Assembly: GCA_035550755.1 (NCBI GenBank) | Contig: DASZON010000036.1 | Coordinates: 1-35,093 of the forward strand | Direction: 5' to 3' | Source: Actinomycetota bacterium | Lineage (GTDB): Bacteria; Actinomycetota; CALGFH01 | Length of the DNA stretch: 35,093 nucleotides | Shown here: one piece after another, positions 1-8,573 of the stretch | How positions within the stretch are numbered: the first letter of the stretch is position 1 | Layout: each line of letters starts with the position of its first letter | Position numbers and translations under genes: made by a program | Notes under the pieces: generated by a model | Database searches by the model: none | What the model was told of the DNA's origin: nothing | What the model saw: only the letters and a program-made list of their open reading frames with translations

Positions 1-141
1 CCGCGCCGCAGCCAGGCCCTGGCCATGGAGCAGCTGACCGCCGCCGTCGACGGGGTCGTCGCAGTGGAGAGCGAGCTCCAGTGGCAGGACGAGGAGATGG
101 TGACTCAGGCCTCACCGGCCGAGCCGGCGCCGCTGGGCTGA
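1..141 (+). CDS. partial 3' end of a BON-domain protein (probable CBS-pair+BON paralog)
   Basis: Frame 1 is open from the window edge to TGA 139-141. The translation ...RRSQALAMEQLTAAVDGVVAVESELQWQDEEM... lines up with the C-terminal BON segment of in-window paralogs (e.g. RRSLLPYVVRAVQRVEGVVRVEDRLTY in 7831..8523). It is absent from the ORF track because it has no start codon in the window. Confidence 0.5.
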   Translation, partial: PRRSQALAMEQLTAAVDGVVAVESELQWQDEEMVTQASPAEPAPLG

Positions 142-151
142 GCTGCGGGCC

Positions 152-1645
152 ATGGGGCTGACCATCGAGCGAGAGCGGTTCGCGCCGGTCGACTACGTTC
201 GGTTCGAGGAGCGGCTGGAGGAGTGCCTGGTCGCCCTGCGCCGCCTGCTGGACCGGCCGGGCTTCGGTACCGGCCCGACCACGATCGGTGCCGAGTTGGA
301 ACTGTGCCTGGTCGACGACCAGGGCCGCGCCCTGCCACGGAACCAGGAGGTCCGCGCCGAGACCGCCGACCCCCGGGTGGTCCTGGAGGTCGACCGGTTC
401 AACCTCGAGTTGAACCTGACCCCGGCGCCGCTGGCCGGGCGGCCGTTTGCGGCCATGGCGAGCGAGCTGGAGCAGGCTCTTGGGATCGTGCGCCGGGCGG
501 CCGCCTGGCACGGCGGCCGCCCGGTCATGGTCGGCATCCTGCCCACGCTCCGGCCCGAGGACCTGGAGCTGGCGGCCCTGTCGGACGCGCCCCGGTACCG
601 GGCCCTCAACAACGGCCTGCGTCGGCTGCGCCAGCAGCCGTTCCGGATCCGCATCAACGGAGCCGACCCGCTGGAACTGGCAACCGACGACATCGGTCTC
701 GAGGGCGCCAACACCTCCTTCCAGGTCCACCTGCGCGTCGACCCGGACCACTTCGCCGACCACTTCAACGCCGCCCAGCTGGCCATTGGCCCGGTGCTGG
801 CGGTAGCCGGCAACTCCCCCACCTTCCTCGGCCATCGACTGTGGGAGGAGACCCGGGTGGCCCTGTTCAAGCAGGCGATCGACGACCGCGGCACCGGCGG
901 CCGGGCCAGCCGGCGAGTCGCCCGGGTGGCCTTCGGGACCGGCTGGACGATCACCGGCGCGCTGGAGCTGCTGGAGGAGAGCGTCCGACTGCACGAGCCG
1001 GTCCTGCCGGTGGTCGGCGACCAGCACCCCCTGCAACGCCTGGACCAGGACGGCGTGCCCGCCCTCGAGGAGCTGCGGCTGCACCAGGGGACGGTGTGGC
1101 GCTGGAACCGGGCCATCTACGACCCGGCAGGTGGCGGGCACCTGCGGATCGAGATGCGGGCCCTGCCCGCCGGACCGACGGTGGTCGACATGCTGGCCAA
1201 CGCAGCCTTCCTCCTCGGCTTGACCCTGGCCCTGGCCGTCGACGCCGGCCGTTGGGTCCCGCGGGTGGCGTTCCAGCAGGCCCATCACAACTTCTACCGG
1301 GCCGCCCAGCTCGGCCTGGAGGCCGAGCTGGCCTGGCCGCTGGAATCGGAAGGCCGAACGCGGGCGGTGCCGGCGGCCGAGCTCGTGCCGAGGCTCCTGC
1401 CCGCCGCCCGCCAAGGGCTGGAGCGTGCCGGGGTCGCGGCCGGGGATATCGACCAGCTGCTCACCGTCATCGAGGCCAGGGCGGCCACCGGTCAGACTGG
1501 TGCCGCCTGGCAGCGCAAGGCCCTGGCGGTGCTGGAGTCCCAGCATGGCCGCGACCGCGGGCTGACGGCCATGCTGGAGCAGTACCTGGAGCACCAGCAG
1601 ACCGGCGAGCCAGTCCACACCTGGCCGCTGCCGAGCGGTCGATGA
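152..1645 (+). CDS. glutamate--cysteine ligase family 2 (GCS2) / carboxylate-amine ligase-like protein
   Basis: 497-aa ORF with strong third-position GC bias. The N-terminal TIGAELELCLVD segment and overall layout are typical of GCS2/YbdK-type ligases. It starts 10 nt after the preceding stop, so it is operonic. Confidence 0.75.
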   Translation: MGLTIERERFAPVDYVRFEERLEECLVALRRLLDRPGFGTGPTTIGAELELCLVDDQGRALPRNQEVRAETADPRVVLEVDRFNLELNLTPAPLAGRPFAAMASELEQALGIVRRAAAWHGGRPVMVGILPTLRPEDLELAALSDAPRYRALNNGLRRLRQQPFRIRINGADPLELATDDIGLEGANTSFQVHLRVDPDHFADHFNAAQLAIGPVLAVAGNSPTFLGHRLWEETRVALFKQAIDDRGTGGRASRRVARVAFGTGWTITGALELLEESVRLHEPVLPVVGDQHPLQRLDQDGVPALEELRLHQGTVWRWNRAIYDPAGGGHLRIEMRALPAGPTVVDMLANAAFLLGLTLALAVDAGRWVPRVAFQQAHHNFYRAAQLGLEAELAWPLESEGRTRAVPAAELVPRLLPAARQGLERAGVAAGDIDQLLTVIEARAATGQTGAAWQRKALAVLESQHGRDRGLTAMLEQYLEHQQTGEPVHTWPLPSGR

Positions 1646-1663
1646 CCTGGGTGGAGGAGCGAC

Positions 1664-3064
1664 ATGACGGAACAGCTTGGCGCAGCGGATCGGCCGCTCC
1701 GAATCGCCGTTGTCGGCGCTGGCCCCGCCGGGCTCTATACCGCCGACAGCCTGCTCCGGCGGCGCGACATCGTCCTCACCATCGATGTCTTCAACCGCTT
1801 CCCCACCCCGTTCGGCCTGATACGCGACGGTGTTGCGCCCGATCATCAGTCCATCAAGGCGGTCGCCCGGATCTTCGACAGGGTCCTGGCCGATCCCCGG
1901 GTCCGGTTCTTCGGGAACGTCACCTACGGAGTTGACCTGCACCGTCGGGAGCTGAGACAGCGCTACCATCAGATCGTCTATGCCGTCGGCGCCCAGGCCG
2001 ACCGGCGCATGAGCATCCCCGGCGAAGACCTGCCCAACAGCCTGCCGGCTCGCTCGTTCGTCGGCTGGTACAACGGCCATCCCGACTACCGCGACCTGCC
2101 CATCGACCTTTCCTGCGAGCGGGCGGTGGTCATCGGCAACGGCAACGTGGCGATGGACGTGACACGGATCCTCGCCATGTCCCCGGACGCGCTGGCCGGA
2201 ACCGACATCGCCGACCACGCCCTGGAGAAGCTGCGCCACAGTAGGATCCGCGAGGTCGTGGTGCTGGGACGACGCGGCCCGGTGCAGGCGTCGTTCACCA
2301 CCCCCGAGATCAGGGAGCTGGGGAAGCTCGAAGGGGTGGACGTGCTCATCGACCCTCAGAACCTCCAGCTCGACCCGGCCAGTGGCAGCGAGCTGGAAGA
2401 GGATCGCACCGCCAAGGCCAACCTGAAGATCCTGCACGACTACGCCGCGCGCACCGACCATGCGGCCCCTCGCCGCATCGTCCTTCGCTTCCTCGCCTCG
2501 CCGGTGGAGATCATCGGCGCTGACGGCCGGATCACGGCCCTGAAGATCGAGCAGAACGAGCTGGTCGTGGACCCCAACGGGGCCCTGCGGTCCCGAGGGA
2601 TCGGCCAGTTCGAGATCATCCCGACCGGCCTGGTCCTGCGCTCGATCGGCTATCGCACCGTGCCGATCGAAGGTGTGCCCTTCGATCCGGCGACCTCGAC
2701 GATCAACAACGTCGCCGGGCAGGTCGTCCATCCCAGTACCGGCGAGGTGGTCCATGGCGAATATGTCGTGGGATGGGCCAAGCGCGGCCCGACGGGGCTG
2801 ATCGGCAACAACAAGCCCGACGCCGCCGCCACCGCCGATGCCATGCTGGCCGACCTGCCCGCCCTGCAGCGACTCGGCGGCAACCACCGTGACCCGTCGC
2901 AGATCGAGGCCCTCCTCCGGGAGCGAGGCACCGACTATGTGACCTATGAGGATTGGCGGATCCTCGATCAGTACGAGCGTTCCGCCGGCCGGGCCGGGGG
3001 CCGTCCGCGGGTCAAGGTCACATCGGTTCCCGAGATGATGGCGATCATCCGCGCCGGGCGCTGA
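1664..3064 (+). CDS. fprA: NADPH:ferredoxin (adrenodoxin-type) reductase, FprA family
   Basis: GGAGGAG SD lies just upstream of ATG 1664. Motifs IAVVGAGPAGLY, GVAPDH, VGWYNGHPDY, VVIGNGNVAMDV, GRRGPVQASFTTPEIRELG and YVVGWAKRGPTGLIGNNK are colinear with mycobacterial FprA as I recall it. Confidence 0.9.
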   Translation: MTEQLGAADRPLRIAVVGAGPAGLYTADSLLRRRDIVLTIDVFNRFPTPFGLIRDGVAPDHQSIKAVARIFDRVLADPRVRFFGNVTYGVDLHRRELRQRYHQIVYAVGAQADRRMSIPGEDLPNSLPARSFVGWYNGHPDYRDLPIDLSCERAVVIGNGNVAMDVTRILAMSPDALAGTDIADHALEKLRHSRIREVVVLGRRGPVQASFTTPEIRELGKLEGVDVLIDPQNLQLDPASGSELEEDRTAKANLKILHDYAARTDHAAPRRIVLRFLASPVEIIGADGRITALKIEQNELVVDPNGALRSRGIGQFEIIPTGLVLRSIGYRTVPIEGVPFDPATSTINNVAGQVVHPSTGEVVHGEYVVGWAKRGPTGLIGNNKPDAAATADAMLADLPALQRLGGNHRDPSQIEALLRERGTDYVTYEDWRILDQYERSAGRAGGRPRVKVTSVPEMMAIIRAGR

Positions 3065-3100
3065 CGCGAACCCGACCGGCAGTTCGACGCCGTGGCCGCG

Positions 3101-3493
3101 CTACGCCTCCTGCCGGTGCACCCGCTCGGGGAGGAAGACCGACATGACGTCCCGCATCGAGAGCACGCCGGCTGCCGCCCCCTGCTCCAGCACCACCAGG
3201 TGGCGGATGCGGCGGTCGTGCATCTCAGCCGCCGCGACGCCCACGTCCCAGTTGGGTGAGGCGGTCACCACCGGGGCGGTCATGTGATCGGCAACTCGAG
3301 CCTGGGCGACATCACCGAGCCGGGCGGCGGCGTGCATGACATCACGCTCGGTGAGGATGCCGGCGACCTGGCCGCCCTGCCTCACCACCACCGAGCCGAT
3401 GCCGTGCTCCTGCATGAGCTGGGCGGCGTGTTGCAGCGACTGATCGGGGTCGACCGTGACCACCGGGCTCCTCATGAGATTTCGGACCTGCAT
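3101..3493 (-). CDS. CBS-pair domain protein (stand-alone, about 130 aa)
   Basis: Two CBS repeats are visible (VRNLMRSPVVTV...GIGSVVV...GILTERDV and HMTAPVVTA...IRHLVVLE...GVLSMRDV). An AGGAGGAG SD sits in the 18-nt gap after the upstream SDR gene. Confidence 0.85.
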   Translation of the reverse strand: MQVRNLMRSPVVTVDPDQSLQHAAQLMQEHGIGSVVVRQGGQVAGILTERDVMHAAARLGDVAQARVADHMTAPVVTASPNWDVGVAAAEMHDRRIRHLVVLEQGAAAGVLSMRDVMSVFLPERVHRQEA

Positions 3494-3511
3494 GGCTGCT
3501 CCTCCTGATCG

Positions 3512-4246
3512 TCACATGTACAGTCCGCCGTTGATGTCGATGATCTCGCCGGTGATGTAGCCCGAGTCGGGGTCGGCCAGGAACTCGACCACCCGCGCAA
3601 CCTCGTCCGGCTCGCCGAGGCGACCCGCCGGAATGGTGCCGATAATCCGGTTGAGGATGTCCTCGGGGATGGCGGCGACCATCTCGGTGGCGATGAACCC
3701 CGGCGCGACCGAGTTGACGGTGATGCCCTTGCGGGCCGTCTCCAGGGCCAGGCTGTTGGTCAACCCGAACAACCCCGACTTGGCCGCCGCGTAGTTGGCC
3801 TGGCCGATGTTGCCCTTCTCCCCGATCACCGAGCTGATGTTGATGATCCGCCCGTACCCGCGGTCCAGCATGTGTTGCAGCACCGCCCGCGAAAGATAGA
3901 ACGCCCCCGACAGATTGATGCCGATGACCCGGTCCCAGTCCTCCACCGACATCTTCCTGACGGTGCGGTCGATGGTGATGCCGGCGTTGTTGACCAGGAT
4001 GTCGAGCTGGCCGTGCTCCTCCAGTACCTCGGCGATGACGCGTTGGCAGTCGGCCGCCACCCCGATGTTGCCCTGGTGAACGGTCACGCCCTCGTGGGCG
4101 GCCGCGAACGCCTTGGCGGCATCGGCCCCGCGGGAGTACCCAACGGCGACCTTGACCCCACGGTCGGCCAGGCGGCTGCTGATCGCCAGCCCGATCCCTC
4201 TGGCCCCGCCGGTGACGAGCGCAACCTGACCTTCCATGCTGGCCAT
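3512..4246 (-). CDS. short-chain dehydrogenase, acetoacetyl-CoA reductase / 3-oxoacyl-ACP reductase-like
   Basis: Classical SDR motifs are present: TGGARGIG, NNAG and YAAAK. The start is trimmed to ATG 4246 (MASMEGQVALVTGG), which follows GGAAGGAGG. The longer track ORF to 4318 has no SD. Confidence 0.85.
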   Translation of the reverse strand: MASMEGQVALVTGGARGIGLAISSRLADRGVKVAVGYSRGADAAKAFAAAHEGVTVHQGNIGVAADCQRVIAEVLEEHGQLDILVNNAGITIDRTVRKMSVEDWDRVIGINLSGAFYLSRAVLQHMLDRGYGRIINISSVIGEKGNIGQANYAAAKSGLFGLTNSLALETARKGITVNSVAPGFIATEMVAAIPEDILNRIIGTIPAGRLGEPDEVARVVEFLADPDSGYITGEIIDINGGLYM

Positions 4247-4321
4247 CGTGGCCTCCTTCCTTGCCCGGCGTGCAGGTGCACCGGCTTGGTCCAGCATCGG
4301 CCAAGGCCGTGGGTCCACCTA

Positions 4322-4358
4322 TGGCCGAAGGTCCCGTTCCGGGCGGGTCGTGCGACCC
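4322..4358. promoter_or_regulatory. box pair: 4345-4358 GGGTCGTGCGACCC and 4322-4335 (minus sense GGGACCTTCGGCCA)
   Basis: Two GGGnC-N4-GnCCC-type boxes lie 23 bp apart in the 113-nt gap between the Pat-type gene and the SDR gene. The proximal box ends 89 nt upstream of ATG 4246. The distal box sits inside the hairpin GCGGGTCGTGCGACCCGC (4343-4360), which abuts the Pat stop codon. Confidence 0.45.
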
Positions 4359-4359
4359 G

Positions 4360-7068
4360 CTACCGGCGCCGGGCAGCCAGCGGGAGTGGCAGGGTGGCGG
4401 CCTCGACCCGGACCCGGGCGTCGACCACGACCACACCGTCGGGCAGTACCTTGACCGGGTTGCAGTCCACCTCGGCGATGGCCGGGTGGGCCTCGACCAG
4501 GGCGCTGACCCGCAGCAGGAGGTCCTCGAGGGCGGCCACGTCGGCCCTGGGGGCGCCGCGGTAGCCGTCCAGCAGCGGGTAGGTGGCCAGTGAGCGGACC
4601 ATCTCGGCGGCGTCCAGGTCGGTCAGCGGGGTGATGCGGACGGCCACGTCCTTGAGGAGCTCGACCGCCGTGCCACCCGCCCCGCAGGCGATCACCGGAC
4701 CGAACGAGGCGTCATGGACGACCCCGACAAGCACCTCCACCCCCTGGCCGACCATACGCTGGACGAGGAACCCGTCCACCGTGTAGCCCTCGGCGGCGAC
4801 CGCCGCGGACATCTCGGCGGCCGCGGTCTGGACCGCCTCGGCGCTGGCCAGGCCGAGACGGACGGCACCGGCCTCGGTCTTGTGGACCAGTCGGGGCGCG
4901 ACCGCTTTGAGGGCCACTGGCCCGCCGAGCTCGTTCGCGGCCGCGGCGGCCTCCTCGGGCGAGCCGGCCAGGCGCCACTCGGCGGTGGGTATGCCGTAGC
5001 AGCCGAGCAGCCTGGCAACCTCCTCCGGCGATAACCAGCGGGGGCCCGTCCCGTCGGCCAGGGCCGCGGCCAGCAGGGCGGCGGCCTCGTCGCGGCGGGC
5101 GTCGGGCAACTCGGGCACCTGGCCCTCCGGACGCTGTCGCCATGCCCCGTATTCCACGGCACGCACCAGTGCGTGGGCGGCGTCCTCGGGAAACCGGTAG
5201 CGGGGAAGCCGGGGGCCGTCGCCATCCTCAAGCGGCGGGTCGGCCGAGGACATGACCACGTTCAGCACCGGGACCGACCTGGCCCTCGCGGTCGCATCGT
5301 GGACCGCCTGGACGACCGCGTCCGTGTCGGCGGGCAGGGGCGGGATGAAGATCGCGATGACAGCGTCGACCTCTCCGGAGGCGGCCACCAGCTCGACGGT
5401 CCGGCGGTAGTGCTCGGGCGGGGCCGAGGCCAGCATGTCGACCGGGTTGGCCACCGCCGCCTCCGGAGGCAGTTCCTCGGCCAAGCTCGCCTGGAGCCGC
5501 GGGGAGAGCTCGACGACCTCTAAGCCGCCGGCCTCGCAGGCATCCGCGCACATGATCCCCGGCCCGCCGGCATTGGTCACGATTCCCACCCGCCGTCCCG
5601 CCGGGATGGGCTGGTTGGCGAGCAGCGAGGCCACGTCGAACAGCTCGGCCAGGCTGTCGGTCCGGATCACCCCGGCCTGGTCGAAGAGCGCGTCCACGGT
5701 CACATCCGAAGCGGCCAGGAGCGCCCCGGTGTGGGAGGAGGTGGCCCTGGCGCCAGCGGCCGAGCGACCGCTCTTGACCGCGAGCACCGGCTTGGTCCTG
5801 GCCACGCGCCGGGCGATCCGGGCGAATTTGCGTGGGTTGCCGAACGACTCCAGGTACAGCAGCACGAGGTTGGTCCGTTCGTCCTGCTCCCAGAACGACA
5901 GCAGGTCGTTGCTGGAGATGTCGGCCTTGTTGCCGACCGACACGAACGACGACAGTCCCAGCCCGAGCGCGTTGGCGTAGTCGATGATGGCCAGGCCGAG
6001 GGCACCTGACTGGGACAGGAACCCAACCCGCCCGGGAAGCGGCACGATCGGGCCGAAGGTGGCGTCCAGGCGCACCTCGGCATCGGTGTTCACGATCCCC
6101 AGGCAGTTGGGCCCGATGAGGCGCATCCCGGCGGCCCGGCAGACGGCCAGCAGCTCTCGCTGGCGCTGGGCGCCCTCCGGCCCGGTCTCGGCGAAACCGG
6201 CCGAGATCACCACGATCGCCCGCACCCCCTTGGCCGCGCAGTCTCCCGCCGCCTCGACCACAGACGGGGCCGGCAGGGCCAGCACGGCCAGGTCGACCGG
6301 GCCGGGTACGTCCAGCACCGACTTGTAGGCCACGACCGACTGGACGACCGAGGCCTTGGGATTCACTGGGTACACCGGGCCGTTGAAGCCGGCCGCCAGC
6401 AGGTTGTGGAACAGCTCGCCGGAGACGGTGCCGCGCCGCCGCGAAGCGCCGATGACCGCCACCGCGCGGGGCTCGAAGAAGGCGCGCATGGCGGCGGTGG
6501 CTGCCAACTGCTCGCGCCGCTCGAACCGCTCCAGCGCCTCCGGCGACATGGAGGTTGGGAACTCGATCAGGAGATATCCCGAGAGGCTGTGGGTCCTGAC
6601 CGGGAAGCCACAGTCGCGGAAGACCTTGACCATCTGGTGGTTCTCGGCCAGCACCTCGGCATCCAGTACCTGGATGCCGAGCTGGTTGGCTGCCTCGGCG
6701 AGCTGGCCGAGCAGGATCGTCCCCAGCCCCTTGCCCTGCAACGCATCGACGATCTCCAAGGCCACCTCGGCCCGGTCCGGGTGGTCGGGCTGGCGCTCGA
6801 AGCCGGCATGGCCGACCACCCGACCGTCGGCCCCGCTCGTGGCGACCAACCCGTACCGGCGCTCGTAGTCGACCTCGGTAGCCCATTGGACGGCCTTGGT
6901 CAGGTCCGGATAGCCGGAGAAGAACCGGAGCCAACGGCTGCGGTCGGACAGCCCCTTGAGCAGCCGCTCGACCTCGGGCGCGTCGGCGGGCCTGGCCGGC
7001 CGCACGTGGACCGTCGAGCCGTCCCGCAGGACGACGTCGGCTTCCCGATGAAGGGGATAGCTGGTCAT
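4360..7068 (-). CDS. bifunctional GNAT acetyltransferase / NDP-forming acyl-CoA synthetase-like protein (PatA-type protein acetyltransferase)
   Basis: About 900 aa. An N-terminal GNAT domain (RWLRFF..., QGKGLGTILL) is followed by CoA-binding/succinyl-CoA-synthetase-like and ATP-grasp regions (VAVIGASRRRGTVSG, LIGPNCLGI, VGFLSQSGALG). The preferred start is ATG 7068, 8 nt after GAGGAG. GTG 7077 would overlap the upstream stop. Confidence 0.85.
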   Translation of the reverse strand: MTSYPLHREADVVLRDGSTVHVRPARPADAPEVERLLKGLSDRSRWLRFFSGYPDLTKAVQWATEVDYERRYGLVATSGADGRVVGHAGFERQPDHPDRAEVALEIVDALQGKGLGTILLGQLAEAANQLGIQVLDAEVLAENHQMVKVFRDCGFPVRTHSLSGYLLIEFPTSMSPEALERFERREQLAATAAMRAFFEPRAVAVIGASRRRGTVSGELFHNLLAAGFNGPVYPVNPKASVVQSVVAYKSVLDVPGPVDLAVLALPAPSVVEAAGDCAAKGVRAIVVISAGFAETGPEGAQRQRELLAVCRAAGMRLIGPNCLGIVNTDAEVRLDATFGPIVPLPGRVGFLSQSGALGLAIIDYANALGLGLSSFVSVGNKADISSNDLLSFWEQDERTNLVLLYLESFGNPRKFARIARRVARTKPVLAVKSGRSAAGARATSSHTGALLAASDVTVDALFDQAGVIRTDSLAELFDVASLLANQPIPAGRRVGIVTNAGGPGIMCADACEAGGLEVVELSPRLQASLAEELPPEAAVANPVDMLASAPPEHYRRTVELVAASGEVDAVIAIFIPPLPADTDAVVQAVHDATARARSVPVLNVVMSSADPPLEDGDGPRLPRYRFPEDAAHALVRAVEYGAWRQRPEGQVPELPDARRDEAAALLAAALADGTGPRWLSPEEVARLLGCYGIPTAEWRLAGSPEEAAAAANELGGPVALKAVAPRLVHKTEAGAVRLGLASAEAVQTAAAEMSAAVAAEGYTVDGFLVQRMVGQGVEVLVGVVHDASFGPVIACGAGGTAVELLKDVAVRITPLTDLDAAEMVRSLATYPLLDGYRGAPRADVAALEDLLLRVSALVEAHPAIAEVDCNPVKVLPDGVVVVDARVRVEAATLPLPLAARRR

Positions 7069-7073
7069 GGCGG

Positions 7074-7685
7074 TCACTCCTCGTCCAACCGGACCTCGAG
7101 GACGCCGGGCACGCCGCGAGCCAGCAGCATGGCCAGCTGGCGATCGACCGGGTCAAGGAGGCCGGTAAGGTCCACGACCCCGTCGCGGACGGTCACCCGG
7201 TAGGGGCTTGGTGAGCCCAGCTCGGCCGCCAGCAGCGCCTCCAGGTCATGGGCGATCTCCCCGTCGCTGCGGGCCAGCACCTCCAGCAGGTCCCGCCGGG
7301 CCACGATGCCGACGACCCGGCGGCCCCGGAGGACCGGGATCGACTTGATCCGGCGCTCCAGCATGAGCCGGCCAGCGTCGGCGACGTCGGCCTCCTCGGG
7401 CAGGGCGATGACATTCAGGGTCATGGCCTGGGACGCGATCCGGGGTGCCGATTGAGACGCCTCGGGGACTGGGGCGAGATGGGCCCGCGGGTCGGGGGCC
7501 AGCTCAAGTGGGACCAGATCGGCCTCGGAGAGGATCCCGACCAACTCGCCGGCGTCCACCACCGGCACGGCGCTGATGGCCCGCGTGACCAGGACCTTGG
7601 CGACCTCCTTGAGCGGCATGCCCGGTGGCACCGTCACCACCGGGCTGGACATGACCTCCCTGACCCGCACGTCGCCTCCTTGCAT
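7074..7685 (-). CDS. CBS-pair + BON-like domain protein
   Basis: Two CBS repeats (VREVMSSPVVTV...AVPVVD...GILSEADL and AMTLNVIAL...IKSIPVL...GIVARRDLL) are followed by a BON-like tail (VTVRDGVVDLTGLL...VPGVLEVRL). ATG 7685 has no SD. GTG 7670 follows an internal AAGGAGG and is the more likely start. Confidence 0.8.
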   Translation of the reverse strand: MQGGDVRVREVMSSPVVTVPPGMPLKEVAKVLVTRAISAVPVVDAGELVGILSEADLVPLELAPDPRAHLAPVPEASQSAPRIASQAMTLNVIALPEEADVADAGRLMLERRIKSIPVLRGRRVVGIVARRDLLEVLARSDGEIAHDLEALLAAELGSPSPYRVTVRDGVVDLTGLLDPVDRQLAMLLARGVPGVLEVRLDEE

Positions 7686-7726
7686 TGGTTACCGGCAGTG
7701 TGGCCCCCGGGGTCCGGGTGGTTCTA

Positions 7727-7763
7727 GGGCCAGGTGGCCCGGCCGCCGCGGGACGTTCGCCAC
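7727..7763. promoter_or_regulatory. box pair: 7727-7740 GGGCCAGGTGGCCC and 7750-7763 GGGACGTTCGCCAC
   Basis: Two boxes lie 23 bp apart in the divergent intergenic region between 7685/7670(-) and 7831(+). The proximal box starts 81 nt upstream of ATG 7831. The other box ends 70 nt from GTG 7670. Confidence 0.45.
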
Positions 7764-7830
7764 TACAGCGCGCGTAGGTCCAGCGGTTGCATTGCATTGG
7801 GGGACTGAACCCGAACCCGAGGAGGATGTG

Positions 7831-8523
7831 ATGCACAGCCTGGTGAAGGATCTGATGACGACCCCGGTGGTGACGGTGCAGCCCACCACCCCGTTCAAGG
7901 AGATCGTGACCCGCTTGGCCAAGCACGGGGTCAGTGCGGTTCCGGTCGTGGACGACAGTCGCCTCGTCCTGGGTGTCGTCTCCGAAGCCGATCTGCTCCT
8001 CAAGGAGGAGTTCCCCCAGCCCGAGCAGGACATCCCGCTGTGGTGGACCAGGCGGGCCCGGCTGGACCGGGCCAAGGCCGCCGCCGCGGTGGCCAGCGAC
8101 CTCATGACCGTGGCCGTGGTGGCCGTCTCGCCCGACGCGACGGTGGCCGAGGCGGCCCGGCGGATGCACACCGCCAAGGTCAAGCGCCTGCCCGTGGTCG
8201 ACCGCCGCGGCCGGCTGGTCGGGATCGTCAGCCGCAGCGACCTGCTGAAGGTGTTCGACCGCTCCGACGAGGACATCCGCCGCGAGATCATCGAGGACGT
8301 GATCGTCGGCGAGTTCATGATGGCCCCGAGCCGGTTCTTCCTCCACGTCAATGACGGGGTGGTGGTGCTCCAGGGCCGAGTGGAGCGGCGAAGCCTCCTG
8401 CCCTACGTGGTCCGGGCCGTCCAGAGAGTCGAAGGCGTGGTCCGGGTCGAGGACCGGCTGACCTACGACCTCGACGACTGGGACGGCGACCGGGTGATGA
8501 CCTACCCCTGGGTCCGTGTCTGA
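7831..8523 (+). CDS. CBS-pair + BON domain protein
   Basis: The start is trimmed to ATG 7831, preceded by GGAGGA. The sequence MHSLVKDLMTTPVVTV...GVSAVPVVD...GVVSEADLL, then DLMTVAVVAV...VKRLPVVD...GIVSRSDLL, then BON (VNDGVVVLQGRVERRSLLPYVVRAVQRVEGVVRVEDRL) shows the architecture. Confidence 0.85.
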   Translation: MHSLVKDLMTTPVVTVQPTTPFKEIVTRLAKHGVSAVPVVDDSRLVLGVVSEADLLLKEEFPQPEQDIPLWWTRRARLDRAKAAAAVASDLMTVAVVAVSPDATVAEAARRMHTAKVKRLPVVDRRGRLVGIVSRSDLLKVFDRSDEDIRREIIEDVIVGEFMMAPSRFFLHVNDGVVVLQGRVERRSLLPYVVRAVQRVEGVVRVEDRLTYDLDDWDGDRVMTYPWVRV

Positions 8524-8573
8524 ACGTCCCGGCGGCCTCAGTACGGGACATCGGCCTGGCGGAACCTGCCCGG

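Noticed and set aside
223-1935. Very long ORFs overlapping or antisense to recognisable genes. Examples are 223..1935, 5228..7156, 14606..16693, 15349..17067, 15657..17771, 21793..23196, 26285..27520, 30774..32174, 32005..33165 and 33315..34658.
   Set aside because: They are Arg/Pro/Gly/Ala-rich, low-complexity translations typical of stop-poor alternative frames in high-GC DNA. Each overlaps a gene with clear family motifs in another frame, and none has an SD or recognisable domains.
6049-6062. Box-like strings inside coding regions. Examples are GGGCCGAAGGTGGC at 6049 and the minus-sense GGGCCGAACACGGG around 21070-21083.
   Set aside because: Only one half-site matches, and they lie deep inside genes. 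Such partial matches are expected by chance at this GC content, so they were not counted as sites.
7787-7799. Mini tandem repeat TTGCA-TTGCA-TTG upstream of 7831 as a repeat element or promoter.
   Set aside because: It has only two and a half copies of a 5-mer and occurs nowhere else in the window. It may simply be part of the promoter or 5' UTR, and I could not assign -10/-35 hexamers with any confidence.
8526-8549. Hairpin GTCCCG...CGGGAC between the convergent 8523 and 8574 genes, as a terminator or box.
   Set aside because: It has only a 6-bp stem with a 12-nt loop and no U-tract. As a box, only the GGGAC half-site matches. This is too weak to call.
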